Assembly (NCBI GenBank): GCA_018830125.1
Contig: JAHJSY010000002.1
Location: forward strand, 1-51,398
Direction: 5' to 3'
DNA: 51,398 nucleotides
DNA from: Patescibacteria group bacterium
Lineage (GTDB): Bacteria; Patescibacteriota; Minisyncoccia; Minisyncoccales; GWA2-38-27
The position numbers and the translations under genes are program-made. The number at the start of each line of letters is the position of its first letter. Position 1 is the first letter of the stretch. This document shows, piece by piece, positions 20,333-30,780 of this stretch. Under the pieces are notes generated by a model, which was given only the letters and a program-made list of their open reading frames with translations, was not told where the DNA came from and did no database searches.

Positions 20333-20382
20333 AAAAAACAAGTCTTATTCAAATTATGTTATAAATTAATCTAAAATTAACT

Positions 20383-21345
20383 ATGAATTTAAAGCAATTA
20401 GTACAAGAGATAGCTCCTAAAAAAATGATGTCACTCATGTCTTCAACCTTAAAGCAAAAAATAGATTTTGGATTTGCTTTTAAAGAGCTTCCATCATATT
20501 CTTATTTTTCAGATTTAATGAAATTGTATCAGACAAAAGATTTAGTCAATGTTGATTCGGATTCTTTTCAAAAGAAAATAGAAAATTTTCCTATTGAGAA
20601 AGAAGTTAATAAAGATGATCCTGAAAAAACAGACGCTTTATATCCCGCTCCATTTAAATGGGGGCACAACCATGATTTTGGAACCTTTGCCGTAAAGGGA
20701 AGAATGAAAGATAGGCATCTCTGGCTTTTTTCTATGTTTGTAGATAAATTTGGCGCTCTGCCAAAATCATTGGAAGGAAAAAGGGTTTTAGACATAGGTC
20801 CATGGACTGGAGGGACGACCTTACTTCTTTGTGCAATGGGTGCCGAGGTAGTTGCGATAGAGCCCATAAAAAAATCCGTTGATTATCTAAACTATCTTAA
20901 GAATTCATTTGATATAAAAAATCTTGAAGTTAAAAATATGTCTCTATTTGAATGTGACACACCTGAATTTCAAGATTCTTTTGATTACGTATTATGCACT
21001 GGCACATTATATTATGTCACAGACATACCCTTGGGATTACGTATACTTTATAATTCTTTAAAAGATGGTGGAACTTTGCTTTTTGAATCTCTCGCAAGCA
21101 ATTCTAAGAATCCTATTTTTGCCTACCGAGTTCCTGAGCCACCAATTTTTAAGAAAACAACTTTTCCAGAAGGGGGATGGGAATGGCTTATGCCTTCTCC
21201 TTCTGCCCTGGATCAGGTATTAAAAGATGTTGGTTATGAAAATGTTCAAGTAAGCAAGGTTCTTACTCATAGAGTGCTTGCGGTAGCAAAAAGAAATCAG
21301 CATAAAAAAATGATCAGAGGCGGAATGTCAAAACCTATCCGCTAA
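20383..21345 (+). CDS. SAM-dependent methyltransferase (Rossmann-fold, CmoB/DUF1698-like layout)
   Basis: VLDIGPWTGGTTLLLCAMGAEVVAIEP motif I with downstream FDYVLCTGTLYYV. Confidence 0.7.
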   Translation: MNLKQLVQEIAPKKMMSLMSSTLKQKIDFGFAFKELPSYSYFSDLMKLYQTKDLVNVDSDSFQKKIENFPIEKEVNKDDPEKTDALYPAPFKWGHNHDFGTFAVKGRMKDRHLWLFSMFVDKFGALPKSLEGKRVLDIGPWTGGTTLLLCAMGAEVVAIEPIKKSVDYLNYLKNSFDIKNLEVKNMSLFECDTPEFQDSFDYVLCTGTLYYVTDIPLGLRILYNSLKDGGTLLFESLASNSKNPIFAYRVPEPPIFKKTTFPEGGWEWLMPSPSALDQVLKDVGYENVQVSKVLTHRVLAVAKRNQHKKMIRGGMSKPIR

Positions 21346-21353
21346 TTTAATTT

Positions 21354-22184
21354 ATGAAAAAAAAGAATCCGAAAATATCGGTGATAATGTCTGTTTTTAA
21401 TAATGAGGAATATGTTCAAGAATCAATTGAAAGTGTTTTAAATCAAACCTTCAATGATTTTGAATTTGTTATTGTTAATGATGGTTCTACTGATAAAACG
21501 GGTGAGATTTTAACTAAATATGTTAATAATCCGAGAGTTAAGATAATAGAAAATGCAGAGAATATTGGTTTAACAAAGTCGCTTAATAGAGCGTTGAAGG
21601 TGGCTCAAGGAGAATATGTTGCCCGTCAGGATGCGGATGATGTTTCTTTACCAGAACGCTTTAAAAAACAAGTTGAATTTTTAAACGATAATCCAGAAAT
21701 TAAGGTTTTAGGAACCTTTGCTTATGGAATAAATAATAGGGGAGAAGTTTTGAAAGAATTAATAGCTCCCGTTTCTTCAGAAGCAATAAAAAAGAACCTT
21801 ATAAAGAATAATTCTTTTATCCATCCTTCGGTGATGATAAAAAAAGATATTTTAGATAAAGTGGGATTATATAATGAAGAATTTGAAACAACCCAAGATT
21901 ATGAATTATGGTTTAGAATTTTAAAAGTGGCTAAAGGAGCTAATTTACCGCTATTTTTAATTAAAAAAAGATATACTCCCGAGATGGCCTCTTTACAAAA
22001 AGAAAAAACCCAGCTAAGAAATACTCTTTTTCTTCAGAATCAAGCCATAAAAAAAGGAGATTATTCAATATTCTGTTATATTTATCTCTTAAGGCCTTAT
22101 TTCTCTTTAATATGCCCCATGCCAGTCAAAAATTTTTTAAGATATAATTTTCTAAAAAGCAAAAATGTTTTCAAAAAGATATAA
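21354..22184 (+). CDS. Glycosyltransferase family 2
   Basis: ISVIMSVFNNEEYVQESIESVLNQTFNDFEFVIVNDGSTD and RQDADD motifs. Confidence 0.9.
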   Translation: MKKKNPKISVIMSVFNNEEYVQESIESVLNQTFNDFEFVIVNDGSTDKTGEILTKYVNNPRVKIIENAENIGLTKSLNRALKVAQGEYVARQDADDVSLPERFKKQVEFLNDNPEIKVLGTFAYGINNRGEVLKELIAPVSSEAIKKNLIKNNSFIHPSVMIKKDILDKVGLYNEEFETTQDYELWFRILKVAKGANLPLFLIKKRYTPEMASLQKEKTQLRNTLFLQNQAIKKGDYSIFCYIYLLRPYFSLICPMPVKNFLRYNFLKSKNVFKKI

Positions 22185-23079
22185 AATTTTAATCATAATT
22201 ATCTTATTTACGGTCTTAATCAACGGGCTTACTTTACTTTATTTAAAAAATACAGAATTTCCTTTTATAACTCTTTATTATAGGGGAACAGTAAAAGATT
22301 TTAATTATAATGAATTAAATCTTGAAATACCTCTTAGTCAAGAATTTAAAGAAAAGGTCTCTAGTGATCTAGATCCAATTCTGCAAGATAGTGAAGATGT
22401 GTTCTTTATTTCCTTTACATTGACTGATTATGTTCGTTCTCATCTTCATAGCGAAGGTAGTGAAACCAATGTTGTTCATAACGTAGACGAAATTTTAGAA
22501 AGTAGCGAAAAATATCCAGCCATTTGTTCTGGTTATTCTAAATTTTTTGCCTCGGTGGCTCAAGCCTTAGGATATCAATCTAGGGTTGTTTGGATAAATG
22601 GTCATACGATAAGTGAGATTTATTTTCCTAATTATGGATGGGTTCTAGTAGATACAATAGGAAACTTGATGTTTCAGGATAAGGATGGGGAATATGTTAG
22701 CTTGCTTTATATGGTCGAGTATTTTAATAGTGCTATTCCTAAGAAAATTATCCCCGAAGCCAATAACAACTCCACCTCTTTAGAAGAATATAGCGTTTAT
22801 AATAAAAATAATCTAATTATAGTCATTGAAGGACCTCATCTTCTTGATTTTGATATTAGAACCAAATCTCCAAAAGTTTTAGTCAATTATGTTTTTGGAA
22901 GAGAGGATGTTGCCAAGGGTATTCAATATGTGGGCATGGGCAGAGAAACAGTTGGTAATTACAGAGCTACTCTTATAGCCTTAGCCGCAATTGATTTCTT
23001 TGCTTTTATCGTCTTTATTTATTGTTTATTAAAAAGGAAGAAAAAATATGTGCGGGATAGTCGGAATTTGGAATTATAA
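22165..23079 (+). CDS. Membrane-anchored transglutaminase-like (Cys-His-Asp core) protein
   Basis: N- and C-terminal TM helices. ICSGYSKFFASVAQALGY...INGHTISEIYF...WVLVDT matches the transglutaminase-core C/H/D spacing. Confidence 0.6.
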   Translation: MFSKRYKILIIIILFTVLINGLTLLYLKNTEFPFITLYYRGTVKDFNYNELNLEIPLSQEFKEKVSSDLDPILQDSEDVFFISFTLTDYVRSHLHSEGSETNVVHNVDEILESSEKYPAICSGYSKFFASVAQALGYQSRVVWINGHTISEIYFPNYGWVLVDTIGNLMFQDKDGEYVSLLYMVEYFNSAIPKKIIPEANNNSTSLEEYSVYNKNNLIIVIEGPHLLDFDIRTKSPKVLVNYVFGREDVAKGIQYVGMGRETVGNYRATLIALAAIDFFAFIVFIYCLLKRKKKYVRDSRNLEL

Positions 23080-24895
23080 TAATAAAGTATCAAGAGATAC
23101 CTTGGAGAGAATGAGAAGCAAGCTTGTTCACAGGGGTTCGGATGATTCGGGTATTTTTATTGATCAAGACATTGGTTTGGCTCATCAGCGTCTTTCAATT
23201 ATTGATTTGTCCGAATCGGGTCATCAGCCAATGTTGGATAATGAATTAGCAATTGTCTTCAACGGAGAGATATATAATTTTCGAGAAATTAGAAAAGAGC
23301 TAGAAAGCAAGGGGCATAAATTCAAAAGTAATTCTGACACAGAAGTTATTTTAAAATCTTATAAAGAATGGGGGAAGAAGGGAGTTGATAAATTCAGAGG
23401 GATGTTTGCTTTTGCTATTTTTGATAAGCGAGAACAAAAAATAATTCTTTGCCGAGATAGGGCGGGAGTAAAACCACTTTATTATTATTTTGATGGCTCT
23501 TTGTTTATCTTCGCTTCAGAAATAAAGGCCATAGTTGAGCATCCAATGGTTAAAAGAGAGCTAAACTCCGACTCCTTATCTTTATTTTTACAATTTGGAT
23601 ATATTCCAGAGCCCCATTCAATTTTTAAGAATATCTATAAATTAGAACCTGGATATTTTTTAGAAATAGATAAAAATAAAAATATTAAGAAAGAAAAATA
23701 TTGGGACATTATTGATCTTTATTTAGAAGAAACTAGAAATATAGAAGAGTCAGAAGCTGTTGAAGAATTAGATAGAGTATTAACAGAGTCCTTCAAGTTG
23801 CGTCTTGTTTCTGACGTTCCGGTTGGAGTCTTTTTAAGTGGTGGAGTTGATTCATCGCTCGTGGCTTCTATTTTAGCCAAAAATACGGACCATCCTCTAA
23901 AAACATTTACAATAGGATTCGATGAAAAACAATATGACGAATCAAAGGACGCTAAAAAAATCGCTGATTATTTGGGAACAGAGCATAAGGAGCTAATTTG
24001 CACTCAAAAAGAAGCCATTGATATTATTCCCAAATTGCCTGAGATTTATGATGAACCGTTCGGAGATAGTTCGGCAATACCAACTTATTTACTTTCTCAA
24101 TTTGTTCGCAATGAAGTAAAGGTTTCTTTATCAGCTGATGGGGGAGATGAAATTTTTTGTGGATATAATCATTCTAAATTAATAAGCGAAGTTTATCATA
24201 TGGTAAATAGAACGCCGTCCTTTCTTTTAAATTCAAAGCTCGCTTCTTTGGGAGTAAAAGCATTTTCAAGGAGGTCAAATTTAGATAATAAAATTAGAAA
24301 AATAAACGAGATAACTAAAAATAAAAAAGACTTTAGGCATGTTTATACAACCATAAATAGTCATTGGTTCAAAGAAGAAGGTCTATTAAAAAGAGATGCT
24401 TCGGAAACGCATTTTAATGATTTTGATAGAGTAAAAGATTTAGACTTAATAACCCAAATGCAGGCAATTGATTTTAAAACATATTTACCGGGTGATATTT
24501 TGACAAAAGTTGATAGAGCAACCATGGCTGTCGGGTTAGAGGGAAGGGATCCTTTTTTAGATCAAAACATAATTGAGTATGCTATTTCTTTACCCTTAAA
24601 ATATAAATATCCCAATAAGCAAATATTAAAAAGTGTCTTAAATAAATATTTACCAAAAGAATTATTTAATAGGCCTAAAAAGGGGTTTGGTATTCCAATA
24701 GATGCTTGGTTTGGAGATAAGTTAATATTTCTATCAAAAGAATATTTAAATCCCGAAAAAATAAAACGCGATGGTATATTTAATAATCAAATTATTTCAA
24801 AAGAGATTAGCTCTTTTGAAAAAGGAAGGGTTAATTTTAATCGTTTGTGGTTAATTTTAATGTTTCAAATGTGGAAAGAAAAATGGTTAAAGTAG
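23048..24895 (+). CDS. asnB: Asparagine synthase (glutamine-hydrolysing) family amidotransferase
   Basis: Ntn start MCGIVGIW. PP-loop VGVFLSGGVDSS. About 615 aa. Its role in a glycan locus may be sugar amidation rather than Asn synthesis. Confidence 0.9.
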   Translation: MCGIVGIWNYNNKVSRDTLERMRSKLVHRGSDDSGIFIDQDIGLAHQRLSIIDLSESGHQPMLDNELAIVFNGEIYNFREIRKELESKGHKFKSNSDTEVILKSYKEWGKKGVDKFRGMFAFAIFDKREQKIILCRDRAGVKPLYYYFDGSLFIFASEIKAIVEHPMVKRELNSDSLSLFLQFGYIPEPHSIFKNIYKLEPGYFLEIDKNKNIKKEKYWDIIDLYLEETRNIEESEAVEELDRVLTESFKLRLVSDVPVGVFLSGGVDSSLVASILAKNTDHPLKTFTIGFDEKQYDESKDAKKIADYLGTEHKELICTQKEAIDIIPKLPEIYDEPFGDSSAIPTYLLSQFVRNEVKVSLSADGGDEIFCGYNHSKLISEVYHMVNRTPSFLLNSKLASLGVKAFSRRSNLDNKIRKINEITKNKKDFRHVYTTINSHWFKEEGLLKRDASETHFNDFDRVKDLDLITQMQAIDFKTYLPGDILTKVDRATMAVGLEGRDPFLDQNIIEYAISLPLKYKYPNKQILKSVLNKYLPKELFNRPKKGFGIPIDAWFGDKLIFLSKEYLNPEKIKRDGIFNNQIISKEISSFEKGRVNFNRLWLILMFQMWKEKWLK

Positions 24896-26715
24896 CTTTC
24901 TTAATTAATTCAATGGCCGGCGGGGGGTCAGAAAGAGTGGTCAGCATATTATTAAAAAACTTATCAAGAGAAAATAAGCAGTTTTTTCTTATTCTTTTAG
25001 AAGATAAGATTTGTTATGATATTCCTAAAGATGTAAAAATAATTAAACTTAATTCTAAGTTTTTAGGGTTCTTAAAATTAAAAAAGATTATTAAAGAAAA
25101 TAATATAGATACGGTTATTAGTTTTTTAGAAAGAAGCAATTATACAAATATTTTAGCCAAAAAGTTTGGGGCTAATCATAAGGTATATATTGGCGAGAGA
25201 TGTAACACGTTAGAATATTACTCAGATAAAAGCTTTAAGTCGCTTTCCAGCTTGTTTTTAATTAGAAAATTATACAAGAAAGCAGACTTGATAATCGTTA
25301 ATTCTTATGGTATTAAAGATATGTTGGTTAAAGGTTTTAAGCTTAATGAAAAAAAGATTAAAACAATTTATAATCCAATAGATATTGAAGAGATTTCTAA
25401 ATTATCTAAAAATCCATTAGATAATAAAGAAATATTTACGCATCCAGTGATTATAAGTGTTGGGCGACTTATAAAAGAAAAAGGACATAAGCATTTGATT
25501 AATGCTTTTAAGCAAGTTCAAGAAGTGATTCAGGAAACTAGGTTGGTCATTCTTGGAGAAGGTGAGCTAGATAAAGATTTGAAAGAGTTAGTCAAAGAAT
25601 TGAAGTTAGAAGACAAGGTGCATTTTTTTGGTTTTCAAAGAAACCCCTTTAATTTTTTGGCCAGATCAAAAATCTTTGTTTTATCTTCTCTAACAGAAGG
25701 CTTCCCCAATTCTTTAATTGAAGCAATGGCTTGTAATGTACCAGTAATTTCTACAAATTGTCCATCGGGCCCGAGTGAAATTATTCAAGATCAAGAAAGC
25801 GGAATTTTAATTCCAGTAAATGACGAAAAGATCTTAGCTAAATCAATTTTAAAGATTCTTAAAAATCAATCCCTAGCCGATAAATTATCAGTGAATGGTA
25901 GAAGAAAAGTTGAAGATTTTTCTGTAAAAAATATAATAGATCAATACGAAATAATTATTTCAAATAAGAGATTTGCAGAACATGAAGAGTGGTGGGAACA
26001 TAACATCTCAAATAGAATAGAAGAAATGAAAAGAAATTTCGGAGACGGTTATGAGAAACACAAAGAATATCCAAGGAAGCTCATTAAAGAAATGAAATAT
26101 AAATCAGTATTAGATGGTGGAGCGGGCTTGTGTGCAGAATATTATGGATTTCAAAAAGATTGCCCCAATATTATTTATACTGGCCTAGACATTACGCCAA
26201 GCTTTGTAAGGATAGGGAAAGAGAGGGGGATTAATATTTTCCAGGGTTCTATCGAAAAAATTCCCTTTCCCGACAACTCTTTTGATTGTGTTTATGTTAG
26301 AGACACAATGAGGCACTTAATGCCTTCTTGCGAGAAGGCATTAGAAGAATGTTTAAGAGTTGCCAAAAAAGAATTGATGGTTTTATTCTGTATAAAATTA
26401 AATAATACAAGTAACCATATTTTACACTACGAACATTATAATCCAGATTTAAGTTTTGGTTTATATAATAATTCTTACTCGAAAAAGAGAATCAAAGAAT
26501 TATTAAAGAAAAATCAAAATATTAAATTTTTTTACTTTGAAACAATAGACGGAAAAACATGCGGAAATACTCTTCTTAGGATTTTCAAAGAAGATGTAAA
26601 CATCTTATTGAGATGTAAATTATATATATCTTCAAGATATAGAATGCATATATGCAGGAATCCAAAAGTTTTTTATAGATTCCTTGTCAGATTAATTAAA
26701 AAATCAAAAAAATGA
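24883..26715 (+). CDS. GT4 glycosyltransferase fused to a C-terminal class I methyltransferase domain
   Basis: GT4 motif SSLTEGFPNSLIEAMACNVPVISTNCPSGPSEII. C-terminal VLDGGAGLC...FDCVYVRDTMRHL. Start moved to ATG 24883. Confidence 0.8.
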   Translation: MVKVAFLINSMAGGGSERVVSILLKNLSRENKQFFLILLEDKICYDIPKDVKIIKLNSKFLGFLKLKKIIKENNIDTVISFLERSNYTNILAKKFGANHKVYIGERCNTLEYYSDKSFKSLSSLFLIRKLYKKADLIIVNSYGIKDMLVKGFKLNEKKIKTIYNPIDIEEISKLSKNPLDNKEIFTHPVIISVGRLIKEKGHKHLINAFKQVQEVIQETRLVILGEGELDKDLKELVKELKLEDKVHFFGFQRNPFNFLARSKIFVLSSLTEGFPNSLIEAMACNVPVISTNCPSGPSEIIQDQESGILIPVNDEKILAKSILKILKNQSLADKLSVNGRRKVEDFSVKNIIDQYEIIISNKRFAEHEEWWEHNISNRIEEMKRNFGDGYEKHKEYPRKLIKEMKYKSVLDGGAGLCAEYYGFQKDCPNIIYTGLDITPSFVRIGKERGINIFQGSIEKIPFPDNSFDCVYVRDTMRHLMPSCEKALEECLRVAKKELMVLFCIKLNNTSNHILHYEHYNPDLSFGLYNNSYSKKRIKELLKKNQNIKFFYFETIDGKTCGNTLLRIFKEDVNILLRCKLYISSRYRMHICRNPKVFYRFLVRLIKKSKK

Positions 26716-27458
26716 AAGCAGTAATTTTAGCCGGTGGTTTTGGAACTAGACTTTGGCCGATTACCAAGGTTACCAATAAACACTTATTACCGATTTACAA
26801 AAAACCTTTAATATATTATGCAATAGAAAAGTTAGTTGAGGTGGGAATTGATAAAATTATGATTATTATTTCCCCCCAGCATGCTAATGATTTTGTTAAT
26901 CTTTTAGGGTCAGGGCAGGATTTTATTTCTCAGAAAACTGGAAAGCAGATTCAAATTGTTTATGGTATTCAGAACGAGCCATCTGGCATTGCTCAAGGGC
27001 TATGGATCGCCAAGGATTATATTGGTGATGATAATTGTGTCTTATATCTAGGCGATAATATCTTTGAAGATAATATTATTAGCGATCAAATTAAAAATTT
27101 CAAAGAGGGGGCCTTAGTTTTTCTAAAAGAGGTTAATGATCCAAAAAGGTTTGGCGTGGCTACCATAGATGGAAATAAAGATGTTTTAGAAATAGAAGAA
27201 AAACCCATCAGTCCAAAATCCAATTTAGCTGTTACTGGTCTCTATGTTTATGACAAGACGGTTTTTTCAAAAATGGCCAATCAGCCAAAATCAGGAAGAG
27301 GAGAATACGAAATAACTTATATCAACAATCTTTATATTAAAGAGAAAAAATTAAAAGCAGTTTTGCTCCAAAAAGAATGGTTTGATGCCGGGACCTTTAG
27401 TAGTTTATTAGAAGCATCTAATTTTTATAATGAAAAAGAAAACAGAAACCAAAAATAG
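26712..27458 (+). CDS. rmlA: Glucose-1-phosphate thymidylyltransferase-like nucleotidyltransferase (short form)
   Basis: MKAVILAGGFGTRLWPITKVTNKHLLPI. Linked to rmlB and the FdtA/FdtB-like genes. Confidence 0.8.
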   Translation: MKAVILAGGFGTRLWPITKVTNKHLLPIYKKPLIYYAIEKLVEVGIDKIMIIISPQHANDFVNLLGSGQDFISQKTGKQIQIVYGIQNEPSGIAQGLWIAKDYIGDDNCVLYLGDNIFEDNIISDQIKNFKEGALVFLKEVNDPKRFGVATIDGNKDVLEIEEKPISPKSNLAVTGLYVYDKTVFSKMANQPKSGRGEYEITYINNLYIKEKKLKAVLLQKEWFDAGTFSSLLEASNFYNEKENRNQK

Positions 27459-27846
27459 TTATTTTATAGAGCTTCCTTTGATTTCAGGAGAAAATAAAGG
27501 TAATCTTTGTTTCGGAGAAGTAAAAAAACAAATACCTTTTGAAATTAAAAGATTTTTTTACATTTTTGATCTTCGTTCAGCGGAAATAAGAGGCGAGCAC
27601 GCTCACAAAAATACCGAACAGGTCCTATTTTGTCTTAAAGGGTCAGCGAAAGTTGAACTAGACGACGGAATTAATAAAGAAACAATTGTTTTAACAGAAC
27701 CAAATATCGGACTCTTTTTAGGTAAAATGCTTTGGGTAAAAATGACTGATTTTAAAAAAGATACAGTTTTACTGTCATTATGCTCAGATTTTTACAAAGA
27801 AGAAGATTATATTAGAAACTACAATGATTTTATTCAACGATTTTAA
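27430..27846 (+). CDS. WxcM/FdtA-like cupin (dTDP-4-keto-6-deoxyhexose 3,4-ketoisomerase candidate)
   Basis: 138 aa. IRGEHAHKNTEQVLFCLKGS core typical of FdtA/QdtA-type isomerases. Confidence 0.7.
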   Translation: MKKKTETKNSYFIELPLISGENKGNLCFGEVKKQIPFEIKRFFYIFDLRSAEIRGEHAHKNTEQVLFCLKGSAKVELDDGINKETIVLTEPNIGLFLGKMLWVKMTDFKKDTVLLSLCSDFYKEEDYIRNYNDFIQRF

Positions 27847-28885
27847 AAAAGAATACCTTAATTTAAAAATAGTCATTGATTCCGCAATTAAGGAAGTTTT
27901 AGAGTCGGGTCAATATATTTTAGGGGAAAAGGTTGAAAGGTTTGAAAAAGAATTCGCTGATTATTTGGGTGCTAAATATTGTTTTGGGGTTGGTAGCGGA
28001 CTAGAAGCTCTTGAAATTGCCTTAATGGCTTTGGGAGTAAAAAGGGGGGACGAGGTAATTACTACGGCTCATTCGGCGGTAGCTACCGCTTTAGCCATCA
28101 AAGCAGTTGGAGCGAAACCAGTTTTTGTTGATATTGATGAATATTATCATCTTGATTCAGATAAAATAGAAGAAAAAATTACTCCTCAGACCAAGGCGAT
28201 TTTGCCAGTTCATTTATATGGTCAGCCATCGGCTATTAAAAAGATAAAAGAAATTGCTCAGAAACATCATCTTTATTTAGTTGAGGATTCAGCTCAGGGA
28301 CACGGAGCAAAATATGATGGTCAGAAAGTTGGCACTTTTGGAGAATTTGGTTGCTTCAGCTTTTATCCAACTAAAAATTTAGGAGCTCTTGGTGACGGAG
28401 GAGCGATTGTTACCAATAGAGAAGATCTTTACGAAAAATGTAAAATGATTAGAAATTACGGTTTTAATAGTAGATTAGATGAAATTCAGGCCTCCATACT
28501 TTCTTCAAAGTTAAAATACTTAGATCAATTTAATCAGAAAAGAAATAAGCATGCGGAACTTTATTTTAAACTTCTAAAAAACTTAAAAGAAATTAAACTG
28601 CCAAAGACGAGAGAGAATGTTGATCATATTTATCATCTGTTTGTAATAGAAGCTGAAAAGAGAGATGAGCTAATGGAATTTCTAAAGGAAAGTGAAATAG
28701 CCACTCTTGTTCATTATCCAACTCCAATTCATCGACAAGATTATTTTCCAGAGTTTAATAATTTAAAATTCCCTGTATTAGATAGTAAGATTGATAATAT
28801 ATTATCACTACCCATTCATCCCTTTTTAAGTAACGAAGATATTATTTATATATCACAAAAAATAATTGAATTTTATGGAAACTAA
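27824..28885 (+). CDS. DegT-family PLP-dependent sugar aminotransferase (FdtB/QdtB-like)
   Basis: EDSAQGHGA, FSFYPTKNLGALGDGGAIVT (active-site Lys), NSRLDEIQASIL. Confidence 0.9.
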   Translation: MILFNDFKKEYLNLKIVIDSAIKEVLESGQYILGEKVERFEKEFADYLGAKYCFGVGSGLEALEIALMALGVKRGDEVITTAHSAVATALAIKAVGAKPVFVDIDEYYHLDSDKIEEKITPQTKAILPVHLYGQPSAIKKIKEIAQKHHLYLVEDSAQGHGAKYDGQKVGTFGEFGCFSFYPTKNLGALGDGGAIVTNREDLYEKCKMIRNYGFNSRLDEIQASILSSKLKYLDQFNQKRNKHAELYFKLLKNLKEIKLPKTRENVDHIYHLFVIEAEKRDELMEFLKESEIATLVHYPTPIHRQDYFPEFNNLKFPVLDSKIDNILSLPIHPFLSNEDIIYISQKIIEFYGN

Positions 28886-29828
28886 AAAAACAATTTTAAT
28901 CACCGGGGGCGCCGGATTTATAGGTAGTAATTTTGTTAAGTATATGTTAGAAAGATATTCAGAGTTTCGGATTATTGTTTTAGACAAACTTGCTTATGCT
29001 GGCCGGTTAGAAAATTTGGAAGATGTGATCAGTCAAATCACTTTTATCAAAGGTGATGTTTGCAATAAAGAAGATATTGAAAAAATAGGAAGTTGCGATA
29101 TTATTTTTAACTTTGCTGCTGAAACGCATGTAGATAAAAGCATTTCAGATCCGGGGTTATTTTTAAAAACAGATATTTTTGGAACCTATAGCCTTTTAGA
29201 ATACGCAAAAAAGCAGAAAGTAGAGAAGTTCATTCAGATTAGCACTGACGAGGTGTACGGTAGCATTAAAGAGGGTTCTTTTAGGGAGGGCGATGGTTTA
29301 GAGCCATCTTCTCCTTATTCGGCGAGTAAGGCCAGCGCCGATTTATTGGTCGGAGCTTACCATAAAACTTACAATTTGCCAGTTCTAATAACTAGAAGCT
29401 CAAACAATTTTGGTCCCTACCAATACCCAGAAAAACTCATTCCCTTATTTATTACGAATGCTCTAGAAGATAAGCCCTTGCCGGTATATGGAGATGGATT
29501 AAATGTTAGGGATTGGCTTTATGTTTTAGATAACTGTTCTGCCATTGATTTAGTTTTTCAAAAAGGGAAGTTCGGAGAAATTTATAATATTGGAACTGGG
29601 CTAGAGAAGACAAATTTAGAAATAACAGAATTAATTTTAAAGAAATTAGAAAAACCTCAAACTTTAATTCAATTTGTTGATGATAGATTGGGGCATGACA
29701 GGAGGTATTCTTTAGAGTTTTCAAAAATAAAAGAACTTGGTTGGAAGCCAACTTATGATTTTGAAAAGGCAATAGGGGATACAATAAATTGGTATAAAAA
29801 TAATAAACAATGGTGGAAATCATTATGA
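28875..29828 (+). CDS. rmlB: dTDP-glucose 4,6-dehydratase
   Basis: ILITGGAGFIGSNF, FAAETHVDKS, STDEVYG, SPYSASKASAD, NNFGPYQYPEKLIP. The track start at 28866 is also possible. Confidence 0.9.
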   Translation: METKKTILITGGAGFIGSNFVKYMLERYSEFRIIVLDKLAYAGRLENLEDVISQITFIKGDVCNKEDIEKIGSCDIIFNFAAETHVDKSISDPGLFLKTDIFGTYSLLEYAKKQKVEKFIQISTDEVYGSIKEGSFREGDGLEPSSPYSASKASADLLVGAYHKTYNLPVLITRSSNNFGPYQYPEKLIPLFITNALEDKPLPVYGDGLNVRDWLYVLDNCSAIDLVFQKGKFGEIYNIGTGLEKTNLEITELILKKLEKPQTLIQFVDDRLGHDRRYSLEFSKIKELGWKPTYDFEKAIGDTINWYKNNKQWWKSL

Positions 29829-30709
29829 ACAACATAGATGAAAAGAAAACAAATGCTCTAATATGGTACATGGGCGTAAGACCTTGCCTAAGATTAAGTT
29901 TAGAGCTTTTGTATAAGAATTTTAATAATAAATATAAATATCCAGTTTTGGTCACGACTTTTGGTAAACAATACAGTAAGAGATTCATTAAAAAAATACA
30001 TCAAGAGATAGACCCAAATATTAAATTTATAGAATTACCCAAACCAAAAGTGCCGGCTCACATTAAAGAGAAAGAATTATTTTATAATAGAAAAGAGATA
30101 GAATATGTCAGAAAGTCATTTCCGAAATCAAGGATAGGGTTTCTTTATGTCGATCAATTTGTTGCTGGACTAGCTATGCAATATCCAGAAATAAGAAAAT
30201 ATGATTATGTTTTGAAAATGGATGACGATCATTTCTTTATTAAAGAATTTGGTTTTGATATCTTTAAATTTATGGAAGATAATGGAAAGCTGTTTGGTGC
30301 TTTCGCTATGGAGAAAGCTGACTCTAAAAGACAAAGAGATTGTCAGATTGGATTGAGAGATTTGGCTAAAGAATATATTAAAGAAAATAATATCCAATTT
30401 CAAGGTGAATGGGATAGTCTGGTTAGTCAGGATCCAACAATTTGGGGAATGGACATTTTTAAAAACAAAAATTGGGAGAATTGGTGGAATTATGTTGATC
30501 AATCAGGAGGTATTTATAAATATAGATGGGGGGACTTAGAAATACATGCTCTGTATATGAGAATGTATTATCCAGATTCAGTTTGGCATGATTTTGATTA
30601 TTACAATAAAGAAGTAGTAAAACATAGTGGCTACGGAATGGTTCATTACAGTTGGACGTTAAAAAAATTACAATCTTTAAAAAGATTTCTAAACGAAGAA
30701 ATTATTTAA
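29825..30709 (+). CDS. Hypothetical protein, possible GT-A-like glycosyltransferase (faint GT15/Kre2-like pattern)
   Basis: The coding region is convincing (ATGA overlap with rmlB; an alternative ATG lies at 29810). The function call rests only on a YDYVLKMDDDHFF acidic motif and the genomic context. Confidence 0.4.
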   Translation: MNNIDEKKTNALIWYMGVRPCLRLSLELLYKNFNNKYKYPVLVTTFGKQYSKRFIKKIHQEIDPNIKFIELPKPKVPAHIKEKELFYNRKEIEYVRKSFPKSRIGFLYVDQFVAGLAMQYPEIRKYDYVLKMDDDHFFIKEFGFDIFKFMEDNGKLFGAFAMEKADSKRQRDCQIGLRDLAKEYIKENNIQFQGEWDSLVSQDPTIWGMDIFKNKNWENWWNYVDQSGGIYKYRWGDLEIHALYMRMYYPDSVWHDFDYYNKEVVKHSGYGMVHYSWTLKKLQSLKRFLNEEII

Positions 30710-30746
30710 AATAATTAAAAAGAGAGTCAATCTAATATCGTAGCTA

Positions 30747-30774
30747 TTGACAAATTCTGTGGGTTTGCTATGCT
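30747..30774 (+). promoter_or_regulatory. Promoter-like element TTGACA-16-(TGc)TATGCT
   Basis: TTGACA at 30747-52. Extended -10 TGCTATGCT at 30766-74. Confidence 0.45.
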
Positions 30775-30780
30775 GTAGGT

